Assembly: GCA_016844925.1 (NCBI GenBank)
Contig: JAERTI010000036.1
Coordinates: 11,053 to 75,052, forward strand
DNA from: Candidatus Uhrbacteria bacterium
GTDB taxonomy: Bacteria; Patescibacteriota; Patescibacteriia; UBA9934; GWF2-40-263
Length of the DNA stretch: 64,000 nucleotides
Direction: 5' to 3'
The notes under the pieces were generated by a model. The model was given only the letters and a program-made list of their open reading frames with translations. It was not told where the DNA came from and made no database searches. Every line of letters begins with the position of its first letter. Position 1 is the stretch's first letter. Both the position numbers and the translations under genes were made by a program. Shown here in pieces: positions 28,429 to 38,759 of the stretch.

Positions 28429-30585
28429 ATGAAAAAACTATCCTATCTACTTCTTTTTTTGTTCTCTATTTTCTCGCTCTCCGCCTCACCGACGGCCGCC
28501 ATCAGCTCAAGTGAGCAGTGGTTCCAGCTTGAAAAAGGTTCATCCTCGGTCATCTACTACGACGTTGATGAGGGCCGAGATATGCTTGTTGCCGTGGGTC
28601 TAAGTGGAGAACTTATTTACTCCATGGACGATGGCGACACATGGACAGACGTCAACGAAACATCAAACACGCTCTACGCTGTTACTGAAAGTGACTTCGG
28701 TATTGTCGCCGCAGGTGAAAACGGCACAGTCGTCACCGCAGAAGATAACGAGTCCTGGAATGTTCAAACTATTGGTAGCGGGACTCTGGACATCATGGAT
28801 GTTGATTGTTCTGGAGACTACTGTGTTCTCGTCACAGACAGCGGCTATTACTACTACTCACGAGATGCTGGAGAGAGCTGGTCCACCGTCATCAGCCCTC
28901 CTTCATCAAGTAACTATCAAGGTGTGCACGTTGGCGCCTCAGGAACATTCTGGGTCTCAGGAGCCAATGGAGAACTCAAGCAAAGCTCCGCTGCCACCAT
29001 CACATCTTTCACAGAACAAACGAGTGGTTCTTCCCAGGTGCTTCTGGACGTCCACTTCCTCTCAGACGAACAGACCGGTTGGGCTGTTGGAGGGAGCGGA
29101 ACGATTGTTACTACCACAGATGGTGGAGACAACTGGACGGACGCATCTGTCGGATCAACCAACTGGTATCACATTGCAAGCAACCCCTCTGACGAAGATC
29201 ATCTCTTCATTCTTGGTGAAAGCGACATCATGGAGTCCACTGACGGCGGAAGTAGCTGGGACTCTGTCACACTTAGCTCATCCATGGCATCAGGCCTATT
29301 CTCCGGATCGATTGTTAATGGATCTCTCATTGCCGCAGGTGTCAGCAGCTCAGGTGGTGTGATCATCACCGATGACACAACGGCTCCATCAGCACCAACG
29401 AATCTTTCCACAAGCCCAAGCTCTCCATCTGCAAACCAAACGCCAACCTTGAGCTGGACCGATAGCACAGACGACAAATCCGGCATCGAGGGGTACTACG
29501 TCTATCTAGACGGCACCATGATCGACGGTGTCGAAAACGGATCTGGCGACGAGTCCTACACGTTCTCATCCCTGAGCGAAGGTGAGCACACGCTCGGCGT
29601 GATCGCCGCAGACTACGGAGAGAACGAATCTTCCATGGCGACCGTCACCTACCGCGTCGACAAGACGGGGCCAACGATTGGATCGCTCTCATCAACAACC
29701 GTTGCACCTGGCGAATCGACTATCACCAGCACCGTCACAGATGATTACGGAACCGTTGATGAATGTAACGCACATGTTGATGGGGCCACTTCTCAGGAAT
29801 ACCTACTTGAACGAGATACGCTACACATCACATTCACTCTTGAGGAAGTCGGGGAGTTCAACGTAAACATTGATTGCACCGATAGCTTTGGCAACACCAG
29901 CAACGCCAGTGAGATGATCACTGTGAGCGAGGAAACCAGCTCAGAGTCAGAAAGTTCAGAGTCGAGTGAATCGAGCTCTAGCTCATCCTCGGAAAGCAGC
30001 GAGTCGAGCTCATCTGAGTCTTCCAACGGCGGAAGCTCGAGCCCAACAGAGACCAGCGCTCCGGCCGTCGATGACTCTTCCAGCGCGGTGAGTAGTCTCT
30101 CTGAACTTTCCACGGGATCACTCATCAAGTTCGCCTGTGAAGAAGGGGCGCTCGTGAACGATCCTTGCACTGCGGTCTACTACTACGGCGCGGATGAAAA
30201 ACGTCACGCCTTCCCAAACAGCAAAGTCTACTTCACCTGGTATGAAGATTTCGACGACGTGATCGTTGTCACTCAGGACGTCATCTCTGACATTACCCTG
30301 GGCTCTAACGTGACCTACCGTCCAGGTGTCCGCATGGTGAAGTTCCTTTCTTGGAACACAGTCTACACTGTCAGCGCCGGGGGAGAGCTCCGCGCGGTTC
30401 CATCTGAAGAAGTCGCCATCGCCATGTACGGAGACGACTGGAACCAGCAGATCGATGACATCTCTGACGCGTTCTTCTCGAACTATTCGTTTGGCGACGA
30501 CCTAGAAGATGAGAACGATTACGATGCCGATGATGCCTACGGGGAGGTAGACGACATTGATGACGATATCGAGGCAAAATCTTAG
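28429..30585 (+). CDS. Secreted BNR/sialidase-like repeat beta-propeller protein with FN3-like domain and Ser/Glu-rich low-complexity linker
   Basis: Repeated S.D.G.(T/S)W motifs (SMDDGDTW, SRDAGESW, TTDGGDNW, STDGGSSW); signal peptide MKKLSYLLLFLFSIFSLSASPTAA; terminator ACGGGCCGAAAGGCCTG+TTTTTT. Confidence 0.7.
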   Translation: MKKLSYLLLFLFSIFSLSASPTAAISSSEQWFQLEKGSSSVIYYDVDEGRDMLVAVGLSGELIYSMDDGDTWTDVNETSNTLYAVTESDFGIVAAGENGTVVTAEDNESWNVQTIGSGTLDIMDVDCSGDYCVLVTDSGYYYYSRDAGESWSTVISPPSSSNYQGVHVGASGTFWVSGANGELKQSSAATITSFTEQTSGSSQVLLDVHFLSDEQTGWAVGGSGTIVTTTDGGDNWTDASVGSTNWYHIASNPSDEDHLFILGESDIMESTDGGSSWDSVTLSSSMASGLFSGSIVNGSLIAAGVSSSGGVIITDDTTAPSAPTNLSTSPSSPSANQTPTLSWTDSTDDKSGIEGYYVYLDGTMIDGVENGSGDESYTFSSLSEGEHTLGVIAADYGENESSMATVTYRVDKTGPTIGSLSSTTVAPGESTITSTVTDDYGTVDECNAHVDGATSQEYLLERDTLHITFTLEEVGEFNVNIDCTDSFGNTSNASEMITVSEETSSESESSESSESSSSSSSESSESSSSESSNGGSSSPTETSAPAVDDSSSAVSSLSELSTGSLIKFACEEGALVNDPCTAVYYYGADEKRHAFPNSKVYFTWYEDFDDVIVVTQDVISDITLGSNVTYRPGVRMVKFLSWNTVYTVSAGGELRAVPSEEVAIAMYGDDWNQQIDDISDAFFSNYSFGDDLEDENDYDADDAYGEVDDIDDDIEAKS

Positions 30586-30675
30586 TAAGCAAAAACGGGC
30601 CGAAAGGCCTGTTTTTTGTTGACGCACGTATGGGCGCATGCAAAGATGCCGGCGCACATTGAAAGTGGAGTACTC

Positions 30676-31590
30676 ATGTCAGCTACTGGCACCCAGGTCG
30701 AGCTCGGCCGCCAGATCATCGGTCGCATCTCTCAGGACCGACAAGGCCATATTTCCGAGCAGCAGCTCGAGGTGGCCAGGGCCTACCTGGTGGGCAACTA
30801 CCTCCCGCTGGGCGAGAACGACTTCCTCGCTGTCCCCACGCCGACGGGCAAGATCATCAGCCTGGTCGTGAACGAGAAGATGGAGCTCATGATCTGCATC
30901 GAGACCACCCCCGGCAACGAGTCGACCCGGCAGATGTGGCACGGCCCCCTCGGGAACCTGAAGCAACTGGAGACCACCCCCACCAGTGCGACCGAGTCGG
31001 ATAGCGACGATCCTGACAACGAACAGCTCCCTCTGCCACAGATGCCCCAGCGCTTCGAGACCGGTGGAGAGATCTTCGAAGTCCGCTGGACCGACCCACA
31101 GACCCCGGGACTCAACACGGTCTACTCGCACACACGCGGGGACGAGACGCTGATCGATGGCATGTACGTCATGATCACCGACCTGGCCGTGACGGACAAG
31201 CACCTCATCTTCACCTTCCACCTCGACGTCCTGGGCACGTCCACACAATGGCAGGTCAAGAAGACGCAGATCACCGTCGTGAATCGTGGAACGGGTGACC
31301 ACCGTATCGAGGAAGAGGGGGAGTTGATCCAGGCCCGATGGGCCTTGCAACCTCCGTTCAGGGAGCTGCACTCCACCGGCACACGCATTGTTGTGGTGAA
31401 GCGCCACCCCTACGGTGGCAAGCATGCCACGCTCGGCGGCGTCTCGATCTACACCAACCGTGGACACATCTTCCACCGACTCCGCGGTGACTTCTCCACG
31501 CTCCACTACGCCTGCGGCGCCCTCTGGACCTGGCGCCCCGCACCCGGCGGCGCGGTCCTGACGCGCTACGACCTCCCCAACAGCGACTGA
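30676..31590 (+). CDS. GC-rich hypothetical protein (305 aa)
   Basis: TTGACG-N17-AAAGAT placed immediately after the upstream host terminator T-run; AAGTGGAG-N5-ATG. The ORF track start at 30616 is probably too far upstream. Confidence 0.5.
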   Translation: MSATGTQVELGRQIIGRISQDRQGHISEQQLEVARAYLVGNYLPLGENDFLAVPTPTGKIISLVVNEKMELMICIETTPGNESTRQMWHGPLGNLKQLETTPTSATESDSDDPDNEQLPLPQMPQRFETGGEIFEVRWTDPQTPGLNTVYSHTRGDETLIDGMYVMITDLAVTDKHLIFTFHLDVLGTSTQWQVKKTQITVVNRGTGDHRIEEEGELIQARWALQPPFRELHSTGTRIVVVKRHPYGGKHATLGGVSIYTNRGHIFHRLRGDFSTLHYACGALWTWRPAPGGAVLTRYDLPNSD

Positions 31591-31647
31591 ATGCTGGCGG
31601 GGCTTTTTCTTTTTCAAATAAAAATCCGCACCAAGCGTGGTGCGGGA

Positions 31648-32445
31648 TCAGCTGCTCGCCGTCGTGATCTCCCAGCGTACATGGGGATCTTCTGGCGGCG
31701 TCAGGTCGAACGTGTCGGACAGGTAGAAGATGTGATCGATGATGAGGGCAGCCTGGTGAGGTGGCGCGCCCACTGTGGCGAGGGTTAAGACCCTCAGCTC
31801 ATCCTGCACGATCTTCCGTTCGCGCCTGCGAAGCTCCGGCTGGAACCGCTTCATAAGCACGTCACGGATGTGCGTGAAGAAGGGGTGTGCCTTGGACAGA
31901 AGCGACACAGCTGCGACGGACTTCTGACCACTCAGCGCCAACGTCGCCGTCACCACCTCACAGTCCTCCCTAGGAAGGAGAAGGAGCGGGACAGCTCCGG
32001 GGTATAGATCCACGAATGAACCTTGGTCACGACAACGCTCAACGAGGCGCCTCAGTGCCTCATCGAACTTCTGGTAGAACTCCTCACCGAGCGCCGCATC
32101 GCCCAGAATCTCCTGGAGGCAGTCCGAAGCCGCCATGAGTACCGAGGCGACATCGCGACCAATCTCGCTCGCATGTTTGAATGCCTCATCCGTGGGTGCG
32201 TCCAGGAGCAAGTACGCCCCCTCATCAGCATCCTCGTAGCCAGCGTCGTATCCGAACGTGTACGTTCCAGCCGGTGCATCACGCACCCACCGGTCAGAGA
32301 ACGCCTCTACCAGGGCAGGGGGAATGCCTGACTCACAGGTCGGCGTCATGTTTAGTGTCAGGCGTGCCTGACTCTCTGTGCGCGTCACCTCAGCAACCAG
32401 CACGACTCCCGTCTCCGACATCTCAACGGTAGGAAGGTCAGCCAT
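31648..32445 (-). CDS. GC-rich hypothetical protein (266 aa), convergent with the previous gene
   Basis: TTGACG-N17-TAGCGT plus GAGGAGG-N5-ATG (MADLPTVE..); hairpin CCGCACCACGCTTGGTGCGG in the convergent terminator region. Confidence 0.5.
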   Translation of the reverse strand: MADLPTVEMSETGVVLVAEVTRTESQARLTLNMTPTCESGIPPALVEAFSDRWVRDAPAGTYTFGYDAGYEDADEGAYLLLDAPTDEAFKHASEIGRDVASVLMAASDCLQEILGDAALGEEFYQKFDEALRRLVERCRDQGSFVDLYPGAVPLLLLPREDCEVVTATLALSGQKSVAAVSLLSKAHPFFTHIRDVLMKRFQPELRRRERKIVQDELRVLTLATVGAPPHQAALIIDHIFYLSDTFDLTPPEDPHVRWEITTASS

Positions 32446-32527
32446 TATCACCTCCTCGGATCCACACGCTACCGACCACAACCCACTTCGTCAACCAAAA
32501 AACCGCGTCTGAACGCGGTTTCCATCC

Positions 32528-33745
32528 TCAGCTCTGCGCATGATACTGCGAGAGCGCATTGATACCAAGGCTTGTAAACGCCGCAATAAAGAACGACGCG
32601 GATATGGAAAAGTAACTTGTTACCACCATCAGGAAGACCATCATCAGCACGCGCCCAATAGAGAGCGAAATCTCTCGAAGCACTGTATATTCATCCACGT
32701 AGTGCCCACTATCAGCTGCTTGCTCGTACATGAGTGTATCCATGGGTGTGCGCAGCATAATGGAACCAAGGTTGTGAAATGTGGAAGCGGCAAACACACC
32801 TACAACCGTTTCAACCAACCCTTTCCAGAGCCAACCAAGCGCGTAAACTCCCGTTCCCATCTTTAGCATGCGTACAGGAGATTTTTTATCTGCCTGCTTT
32901 CCAATAAACACTTCGAGTACCAGCGAGATGGTCACAATAACCGCTGTGAACGCTCCCACATTCAAGTAATCACCTTCAAACACCGAAAAGAGGAAGATGG
33001 GCCAGACGGCAAACCCAACGATGTTCTCTGCCCCGTAGGCCATCATAGAATAGGCCATGCCTCGATACCTCTTGGAGAACAGCTTTTTAAAACTCTCAAT
33101 GAACGTAAACTCGTACGCAACATTATATGGAGGCAGGAAGAACAGGGGCACAATCGATGCAGCAGCGATGAGCAACCCCAGAGCAAAGTTCATGCCATAG
33201 CCAAACCGCGTGATAATAAACCCAGCGCCAATCGGTGCAAGCACACTTATAAGACGCTGTGCCGCATAAAAAACACCAATCTGTTTTCCCCGATGCTTCT
33301 TTGAAGAAAACTCTGCAAAGTCGATGTGAAAGGGAGACCAATAAAAGACACTTACGATTGTCAGCCCCACCATACCAAGCCCCATCAGAGCATAGGGATC
33401 AATCGCACTCCCTGTATCAAGAAGATAGAACGTGAGATAAAAAAACATGAGCCCCATCACACCAAAAACCATCGAAGGGACTAAGCCTGTTTTTGAAAAA
33501 ATCTTTGCCCCCCAAATAAAGAACGGGATCTTTATGACAAAGTTAATGGCATACCAAGCAAGCACCAGTGTGATGGACATCCCAAAAAACTCGTAGAGAA
33601 AGATGGGGAGAAACATTCCCGTTACTGATGAAGCCGCGAATCCCAGTAAACGATTCGTCATCAGTGCAGGAAGTCCTCCCACATGTGAGAGAGAGTGACG
33701 ATGTGTACGAAACGGATGAGATGTTGCGTGATGTGTACGTGGCAT
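32528..33745 (-). CDS. MFS-type transporter (about 12 TM)
   Basis: The ORF-track entry 32528..34372 is over-extended and overlaps rpsO. It was trimmed to MPRTHHATSH.., after which continuous TM helices follow. Terminator GGAAACCGCGTTCAGACGCGG+TTTTTT on the minus strand. Confidence 0.6.
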   Translation of the reverse strand: MPRTHHATSHPFRTHRHSLSHVGGLPALMTNRLLGFAASSVTGMFLPIFLYEFFGMSITLVLAWYAINFVIKIPFFIWGAKIFSKTGLVPSMVFGVMGLMFFYLTFYLLDTGSAIDPYALMGLGMVGLTIVSVFYWSPFHIDFAEFSSKKHRGKQIGVFYAAQRLISVLAPIGAGFIITRFGYGMNFALGLLIAAASIVPLFFLPPYNVAYEFTFIESFKKLFSKRYRGMAYSMMAYGAENIVGFAVWPIFLFSVFEGDYLNVGAFTAVIVTISLVLEVFIGKQADKKSPVRMLKMGTGVYALGWLWKGLVETVVGVFAASTFHNLGSIMLRTPMDTLMYEQAADSGHYVDEYTVLREISLSIGRVLMMVFLMVVTSYFSISASFFIAAFTSLGINALSQYHAQS

Positions 33746-33941
33746 AACGCTTAGTAGTATAGCAGTGATCGTGCACAGCCCCGTCCACAGTCCTGTGTGT
33801 TCCAAAAGTGAACTCAATAGCCACCGCCCCTTGACCAAAACCCATCTTTTCGCTACGATTCGGCCGTAAATACTAACCAGGACGACGTCTTGGATGAGGA
33901 ATGAGCCCCTCTTCTCGGATATCGCCATGTAATCAAGAACT

Positions 33942-34205
33942 ATGCTCACAGCCAAGAAGAAGCAGAACATCATTAAGAAGTACCGCACGCACGACTCAGA
34001 CACTGGGTCACCGCAGGTCCAGATCGCTATTTTGACCGCTGAGATCGCCGACCTCACCATCCACTTGCGCGAGCACAAGAAGGACAACTCCTCTCGCCGT
34101 GGTTTGATCAGCAAAGTCAACGAGCGCCGTAAGCTTATGAAGTATTTGGAGCGCGAAGATCTCGCTGCTCTTACAAAGCTAAAGGAAGCTCTCAAAATAA
34201 GGTAA
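33942..34205 (+). CDS. rpsO: 30S ribosomal protein S15
   Basis: ..DTGSPQVQIAILTAEIADLTIHLREHKKDNSSRRGLISKVNERRKLMKYL.. is a canonical S15. Confidence 0.9.
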   Translation: MLTAKKKQNIIKKYRTHDSDTGSPQVQIAILTAEIADLTIHLREHKKDNSSRRGLISKVNERRKLMKYLEREDLAALTKLKEALKIR

Positions 34206-34319
34206 AATGAATACCCTGCCAGACCGGCAGGGATTTCGCTTTTTTTAACCAGGCACACCCACGCATTGTTCGGTCGAGACAAGCACCGTATTGTGCCTGA
34301 CATTTTTTCAAAAACACGT

Positions 34320-34979
34320 ATGTTTAAGCACAAAGACCAGCGTGTCGGCGTTTTTATCGACACGCAAAACATGTACTACAGCGCGAGAAATCTTTTTAAG
34401 CGCAAAGTGAACTTTAAAAATATCGTCGAGGACGCCGTTGCCGGACGGAAGCTCATCCGAGCCATGGCCTACGTCGTCGCTACAGAGGACGGCCAAGAGA
34501 AGCCTTTCTTTGACGCCCTTGAGAAGGCAGGAATCGAAACCATCGCAAAAGACCTTCAGGAATATGCCTCCGGAGCAAAGAAGGCGGACTGGGATGTGGG
34601 ACTCGCCATCGATGTCGTGCAAATGCTCGACACTTTGGACGTCGTTGTCCTTGCTTCCGGAGATGGGGACTTCCTCCCTCTTGTAAACTATGTTCACTCT
34701 CGAGGCAGAATGATAGAGGTCATGGCCTTTGGTCAGACCACCTCAGGAAAACTTCGTACACTTGCCAATGACTACACGGACCTTTCAGGAAACAAGCGCC
34801 GATACCTCATCGGACCAAAACTTGACGGGCCAAAAGCTAGCGCAAAAAAGAGCCGAACCATCGCCCAAGAGGAACGCGAGGTGCCAGAAAAGGAAACTGG
34901 TGACACAGGGGGATTCTTCATGGAGATCGAGGATGTAGACGACCAGGAAGAAAGCCGCACACGTCGACTGGAATTCTAG
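34320..34979 (+). CDS. NYN/LabA-like PIN-fold domain protein with acidic C-terminal tail
   Basis: ..RVGVFIDTQNMYYSARNL..; ..VVVLASGDGDFLPLVNYV.. Confidence 0.65.
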   Translation: MFKHKDQRVGVFIDTQNMYYSARNLFKRKVNFKNIVEDAVAGRKLIRAMAYVVATEDGQEKPFFDALEKAGIETIAKDLQEYASGAKKADWDVGLAIDVVQMLDTLDVVVLASGDGDFLPLVNYVHSRGRMIEVMAFGQTTSGKLRTLANDYTDLSGNKRRYLIGPKLDGPKASAKKSRTIAQEEREVPEKETGDTGGFFMEIEDVDDQEESRTRRLEF

Positions 34980-35102
34980 TAGTCAGCCCATATCCGCCAC
35001 CGATACGTCGGTGGCCTCGATGGTCTAATTACTAATCTACTCCTGTAGAAACAACGAGATCTCGACATGGTCGAAATCTTTCGCTTCTACAGGAGACACA
35101 TT

Positions 35103-37397
35103 ATGCCAAACGCAAAACGCTACGAAACCCAGTGGGGAGGTCGAACCCTCTCCATTGAAGTGGGCAAGTTTGCCCAGCAAGCAGGTGGATCCTGCATCGT
35201 GCAGTATGGTGAGACCGTTGTTCTCGCCACTGCCACCATGAGTTCCCACGCACGACCAGGACTCAACTGGTTCCCGCTTATGGTCGACTTTGAAGAAAAG
35301 CTGTACGCAGCCGGCCGCATCAAAGGCAGCCGATTCATGAAGAAAGAAGGACGTCCTACAGACGAGGCTGTTCTCACCTCACGTATGATCGACCGCGCTC
35401 TGCGTCCGTTGTTTGATAGCAGCATCCGCAACGACGTTCAGGTGATCGTTACTGCCCTGGCCTACGATCAGGAGAACGACCCAGATGTTGTTGGGCTCAT
35501 TGCCGCCAGTTGCGCGCTGCACATGAGTGACATCCCATGGGCCGGCCCACTTGCTGGTGTTCGTGTGGGACACGTTGGAGGAGAGTACGTGCTCAATCCA
35601 ACGAAGTCACAAATGGAAGACTCACAGCTCGACCTCATCTTTGCCGGACTTAACGACAAGGTCATCATGGTTGAAGCAGGAGCCAACGAGGCAAAGGAAG
35701 ACATTGTCCTTGGAGGATTCTGGCATGGGCTCGATGAGATGAAGGCACCTATCGCCCTGATCGAAGAAGTCCGCGCCGCCCACGGAAAAGAGAAGCGTTA
35801 TCCTGGGGCCGCTGTTACAGATGAAGAAAAATCTGCAGAAGCAAGGCGAAAAGAGGTCGAAGATCTCGCTCGCCCGTATATCGTAGAGCAAGTACAAGAA
35901 CTCTTCTTTAAGGCCCCACAAGCTACAAAGGGCGAACGTGGAGCTGCCAAGAGTGAGCTTAAAGATCGTGTGAAAGCTTTTCTTGAAGAGAAGGGTGTAG
36001 AGGAAGAAGAGATTGGATACGGCACAGGCATCGCTGTTGACGTTCTCGAGTCTGAGATCCAACGCCTCGTTGTTGAAGAAGATCGACGTGTAGACGGACG
36101 TAGCACCACAGAGATCCGTGAGCTCATTTCAGAGACCGCCATTCTCCCCCGCGTGCACGGCTCTGCTCACTTCAGTCGTGGAGAGACGCAGGTCATGACG
36201 GTTGTCACCCTCGGTGCCCCTGGCGACGAACAGACACTCGACGGTATGCGTTACACGGGAACCAAGCGCTACTTCCACCACTACAACTTCCCTCCGTACT
36301 CCGTTGGTGAAGTAAAGCCAATGCGTGGACCATCCCGTCGTGACATCGGTCACGGGGGTCTCGCAGAAAAAGCACTGGCACCAATGATGCCAGACAAGGA
36401 AAGCTTCCCGTACACCATCCGTGCTGTCTCAGAAGTGCTTGGGTCAAACGGATCAAGCTCCATGGGATCCACCTGTGGTTCAACACTTTCCCTCATGGAC
36501 GCCGGTGTTCCAATCAAAGCTCCTGTCGCAGGTATTGCCATGGGCCTCGCCATGAACGAATCTGGCGACTGGAAAGTACTGACCGACCTTCAGGATCTGG
36601 AAGACGGAAAGGGAGGTATGGACTTCAAAATCGCTGGTTCCCGAGACGGGCTCACAGCCATCCAGATGGACACAAAGACCCACGGACTCTCCCGCGACAT
36701 TGTGCAGAAGACCTTTGAGCAGGCACTGGATGCCCGCATGGAAATCCTGGACGTGATTGAAAAAGAAATTCCAGCCCCACGTGCAGACCTTTCACCACAT
36801 GCGCCACGCATTATCTCTCTCAAGATCAACCCAGAATTGATTGGAAACGTCATTGGACCTGGAGGAAAGACCATCAACGAGCTCATCGCCACAACCGGCG
36901 TAGGTGCCATCGATATTGATGACGATGGTCTGGTCATGATCACCTCCACAGACGCAGAAGGGGCTCAGAAGGCTCTCGAGAGCATTAAGAACCTTACGCG
37001 AGAAGTGGTTGTAGGCGAGATCTATAAAGGAAAGGTTGTCCGCATCATGGACTTTGGAGCGATCGTCGAATTCCTGCCAAAACGTGACGGGATGGTACAC
37101 GTAAGCATGATGGCCCCTTGGCGAGTTGAAAAAGTTACCGATATCGTTAAGCTAGGGGATGAAGTGAACGTAAAGGTTATGGAGGTATCTCCAGACGGAG
37201 GCAAAATCAGCCTCTCTATGAAGGATGCTCCAGGAAACAAGCTTCCAGAGCGCCCAGCGTACAAACCACGTGAAGACCGTGGTGGACACGGACGCGGGCC
37301 ACGCCGAGGTGGAAATGGAGGTGGTCGCCCACAGGGAAACCGCCGTCCACCAGCTCCAAGAGCACCAAAACCAGCAGGGGGGTCTAGCGACCAATAA
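35103..37397 (+). CDS. pnp: Polyribonucleotide nucleotidyltransferase (PNPase) with C-terminal KH/S1 and Arg/Gly-rich tail
   Basis: Full-length PNPase architecture; AGGAGA RBS; start MPNAKRYETQWGGRTLSIEVGKFA. Confidence 0.9.
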   Translation: MPNAKRYETQWGGRTLSIEVGKFAQQAGGSCIVQYGETVVLATATMSSHARPGLNWFPLMVDFEEKLYAAGRIKGSRFMKKEGRPTDEAVLTSRMIDRALRPLFDSSIRNDVQVIVTALAYDQENDPDVVGLIAASCALHMSDIPWAGPLAGVRVGHVGGEYVLNPTKSQMEDSQLDLIFAGLNDKVIMVEAGANEAKEDIVLGGFWHGLDEMKAPIALIEEVRAAHGKEKRYPGAAVTDEEKSAEARRKEVEDLARPYIVEQVQELFFKAPQATKGERGAAKSELKDRVKAFLEEKGVEEEEIGYGTGIAVDVLESEIQRLVVEEDRRVDGRSTTEIRELISETAILPRVHGSAHFSRGETQVMTVVTLGAPGDEQTLDGMRYTGTKRYFHHYNFPPYSVGEVKPMRGPSRRDIGHGGLAEKALAPMMPDKESFPYTIRAVSEVLGSNGSSSMGSTCGSTLSLMDAGVPIKAPVAGIAMGLAMNESGDWKVLTDLQDLEDGKGGMDFKIAGSRDGLTAIQMDTKTHGLSRDIVQKTFEQALDARMEILDVIEKEIPAPRADLSPHAPRIISLKINPELIGNVIGPGGKTINELIATTGVGAIDIDDDGLVMITSTDAEGAQKALESIKNLTREVVVGEIYKGKVVRIMDFGAIVEFLPKRDGMVHVSMMAPWRVEKVTDIVKLGDEVNVKVMEVSPDGGKISLSMKDAPGNKLPERPAYKPREDRGGHGRGPRRGGNGGGRPQGNRRPPAPRAPKPAGGSSDQ

Positions 37398-38611
37398 TGC
37401 AACGACTCAACATTCCATTATCCAGACATAGCAGAACAACCCGTCATAACAGGCGGGTTGTTTGGATTCTGGTAATTTTTGGGCTTATCGCACTCGCTGT
37501 AGTCTGGAGAGGATCTGCAACCCTACTGAGCCGGGCAACCATCTTCTCCACTGCACCAGATGGCACCGTGGCCGCCGTCTATCTGCAGATAAACGACGAA
37601 ACAGGCCCCTATATCGATACATTGCTCCAGAGCGTACCCCTTATATCCAATAGAAGCATTGAATTAAAGGACATCGTGGAGGAAACTCGAGGGGATGTGG
37701 CTATATTTCTTACCGAGAATGGACAACGTTCTTTGGCCATCCGCTCAAATACAGAAGCTCTAGAAAGTCTCTCGTTAGAAGGAATAGGTGTGACCATACA
37801 GCAACATGGGCCCTTTTTGCTCCTTTCTGAGACACTTGTTTCCATTAGCGGGATAGACATCTCCCTCTCAAAGCCATTTTTCCCTTCGTTTTCGAAGACT
37901 TGGGTTGGTGGAGTTTGGGTTCAGGGCTATGGCCAGGGGGATATCCGGGTAAATAACCAAGGGGTTGAAGTTGCTTTTGAGACAGAAAAGCAACAAACAT
38001 CTGAAACAGTTCTCATGAACGATATGATCGCTCATGCTCTACTAAACAACCAAAATATAAATACCCCTCCACTCTCTTATGAGGAAATTTTTCCTTATTT
38101 TGGTCAAATTGAGGAGGTCATTATTCGTGAGAACGGAATTCTTATCTCCTTAGAACAGGGGACACTCGACGAAAACGATCTCACAAGCCAACTTCAGGAA
38201 ATTACCGCCCTAAATAATCCGTCCACGCTCACAAAAATAATGATTGACGGTAGTAGTTACGATGAACTTCAAATCGACCCAACTTTGATCACCGTAGAAG
38301 AAATAAGCATTGGCGGTGTGCGTGTTTTTCGCAGCGGAACACTCCTAGGGCTCCTGCAAGATGGTCGTGCCATTATCTCAACAAGTCAGCAGCTCGTTGA
38401 GGCCTTTGTAAAACCAGAAGAGAGTGAAGCCAACCTCTGTACAAACGCTTCAATCGTTGTGAGACCACAATCTTTGCTAGAAAGTATTTCATCGGTTCAT
38501 TACGACCCACGACTTACCCCACTCGCATTTATTGATCGTTTTTCAGTCATTTACCTTGAGAAGAATAAGTATTCAAACGTAATTCACCTTTCATCACATG
38601 ACTGTGGATAA
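37397..38611 (+). CDS. Hypothetical membrane-anchored protein (404 aa)
   Basis: ORF track; N-terminal TM; TAATG overlap with the pnp stop. Confidence 0.5.
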   Translation: MQRLNIPLSRHSRTTRHNRRVVWILVIFGLIALAVVWRGSATLLSRATIFSTAPDGTVAAVYLQINDETGPYIDTLLQSVPLISNRSIELKDIVEETRGDVAIFLTENGQRSLAIRSNTEALESLSLEGIGVTIQQHGPFLLLSETLVSISGIDISLSKPFFPSFSKTWVGGVWVQGYGQGDIRVNNQGVEVAFETEKQQTSETVLMNDMIAHALLNNQNINTPPLSYEEIFPYFGQIEEVIIRENGILISLEQGTLDENDLTSQLQEITALNNPSTLTKIMIDGSSYDELQIDPTLITVEEISIGGVRVFRSGTLLGLLQDGRAIISTSQQLVEAFVKPEESEANLCTNASIVVRPQSLLESISSVHYDPRLTPLAFIDRFSVIYLEKNKYSNVIHLSSHDCG

Positions 38612-38688
38612 GTTATTTATATCTCACCTTTTTTGTGGATAACTTTTCCTTTAGTCAAAATACCTCGAACACATAATGTATCCACCAC
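38604..38688. promoter_or_regulatory. Cluster of DnaA-box-like nonamers (TGTGGATAA at 38606 and 38634; TATCCACC at ~38678) in an AT-rich spacer
   Basis: Read directly; about 24 kb from dnaA. Confidence 0.45.
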
Positions 38689-38759
38689 CACAACTTCTTT
38701 CCTAAACTTAGCCAGATATCATAAATTGACCAGAGGTCAATTTTTTGGTATTATGTATT

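Noticed and set aside
33746-34372. N-terminal 209 codons of track ORF 32528..34372
   Set aside because: The extension overlaps rpsO on the opposite strand and the divergent intergenic region. Its sequence is non-protein-like. The MFS transporter begins at MPRTHH.. (33745).
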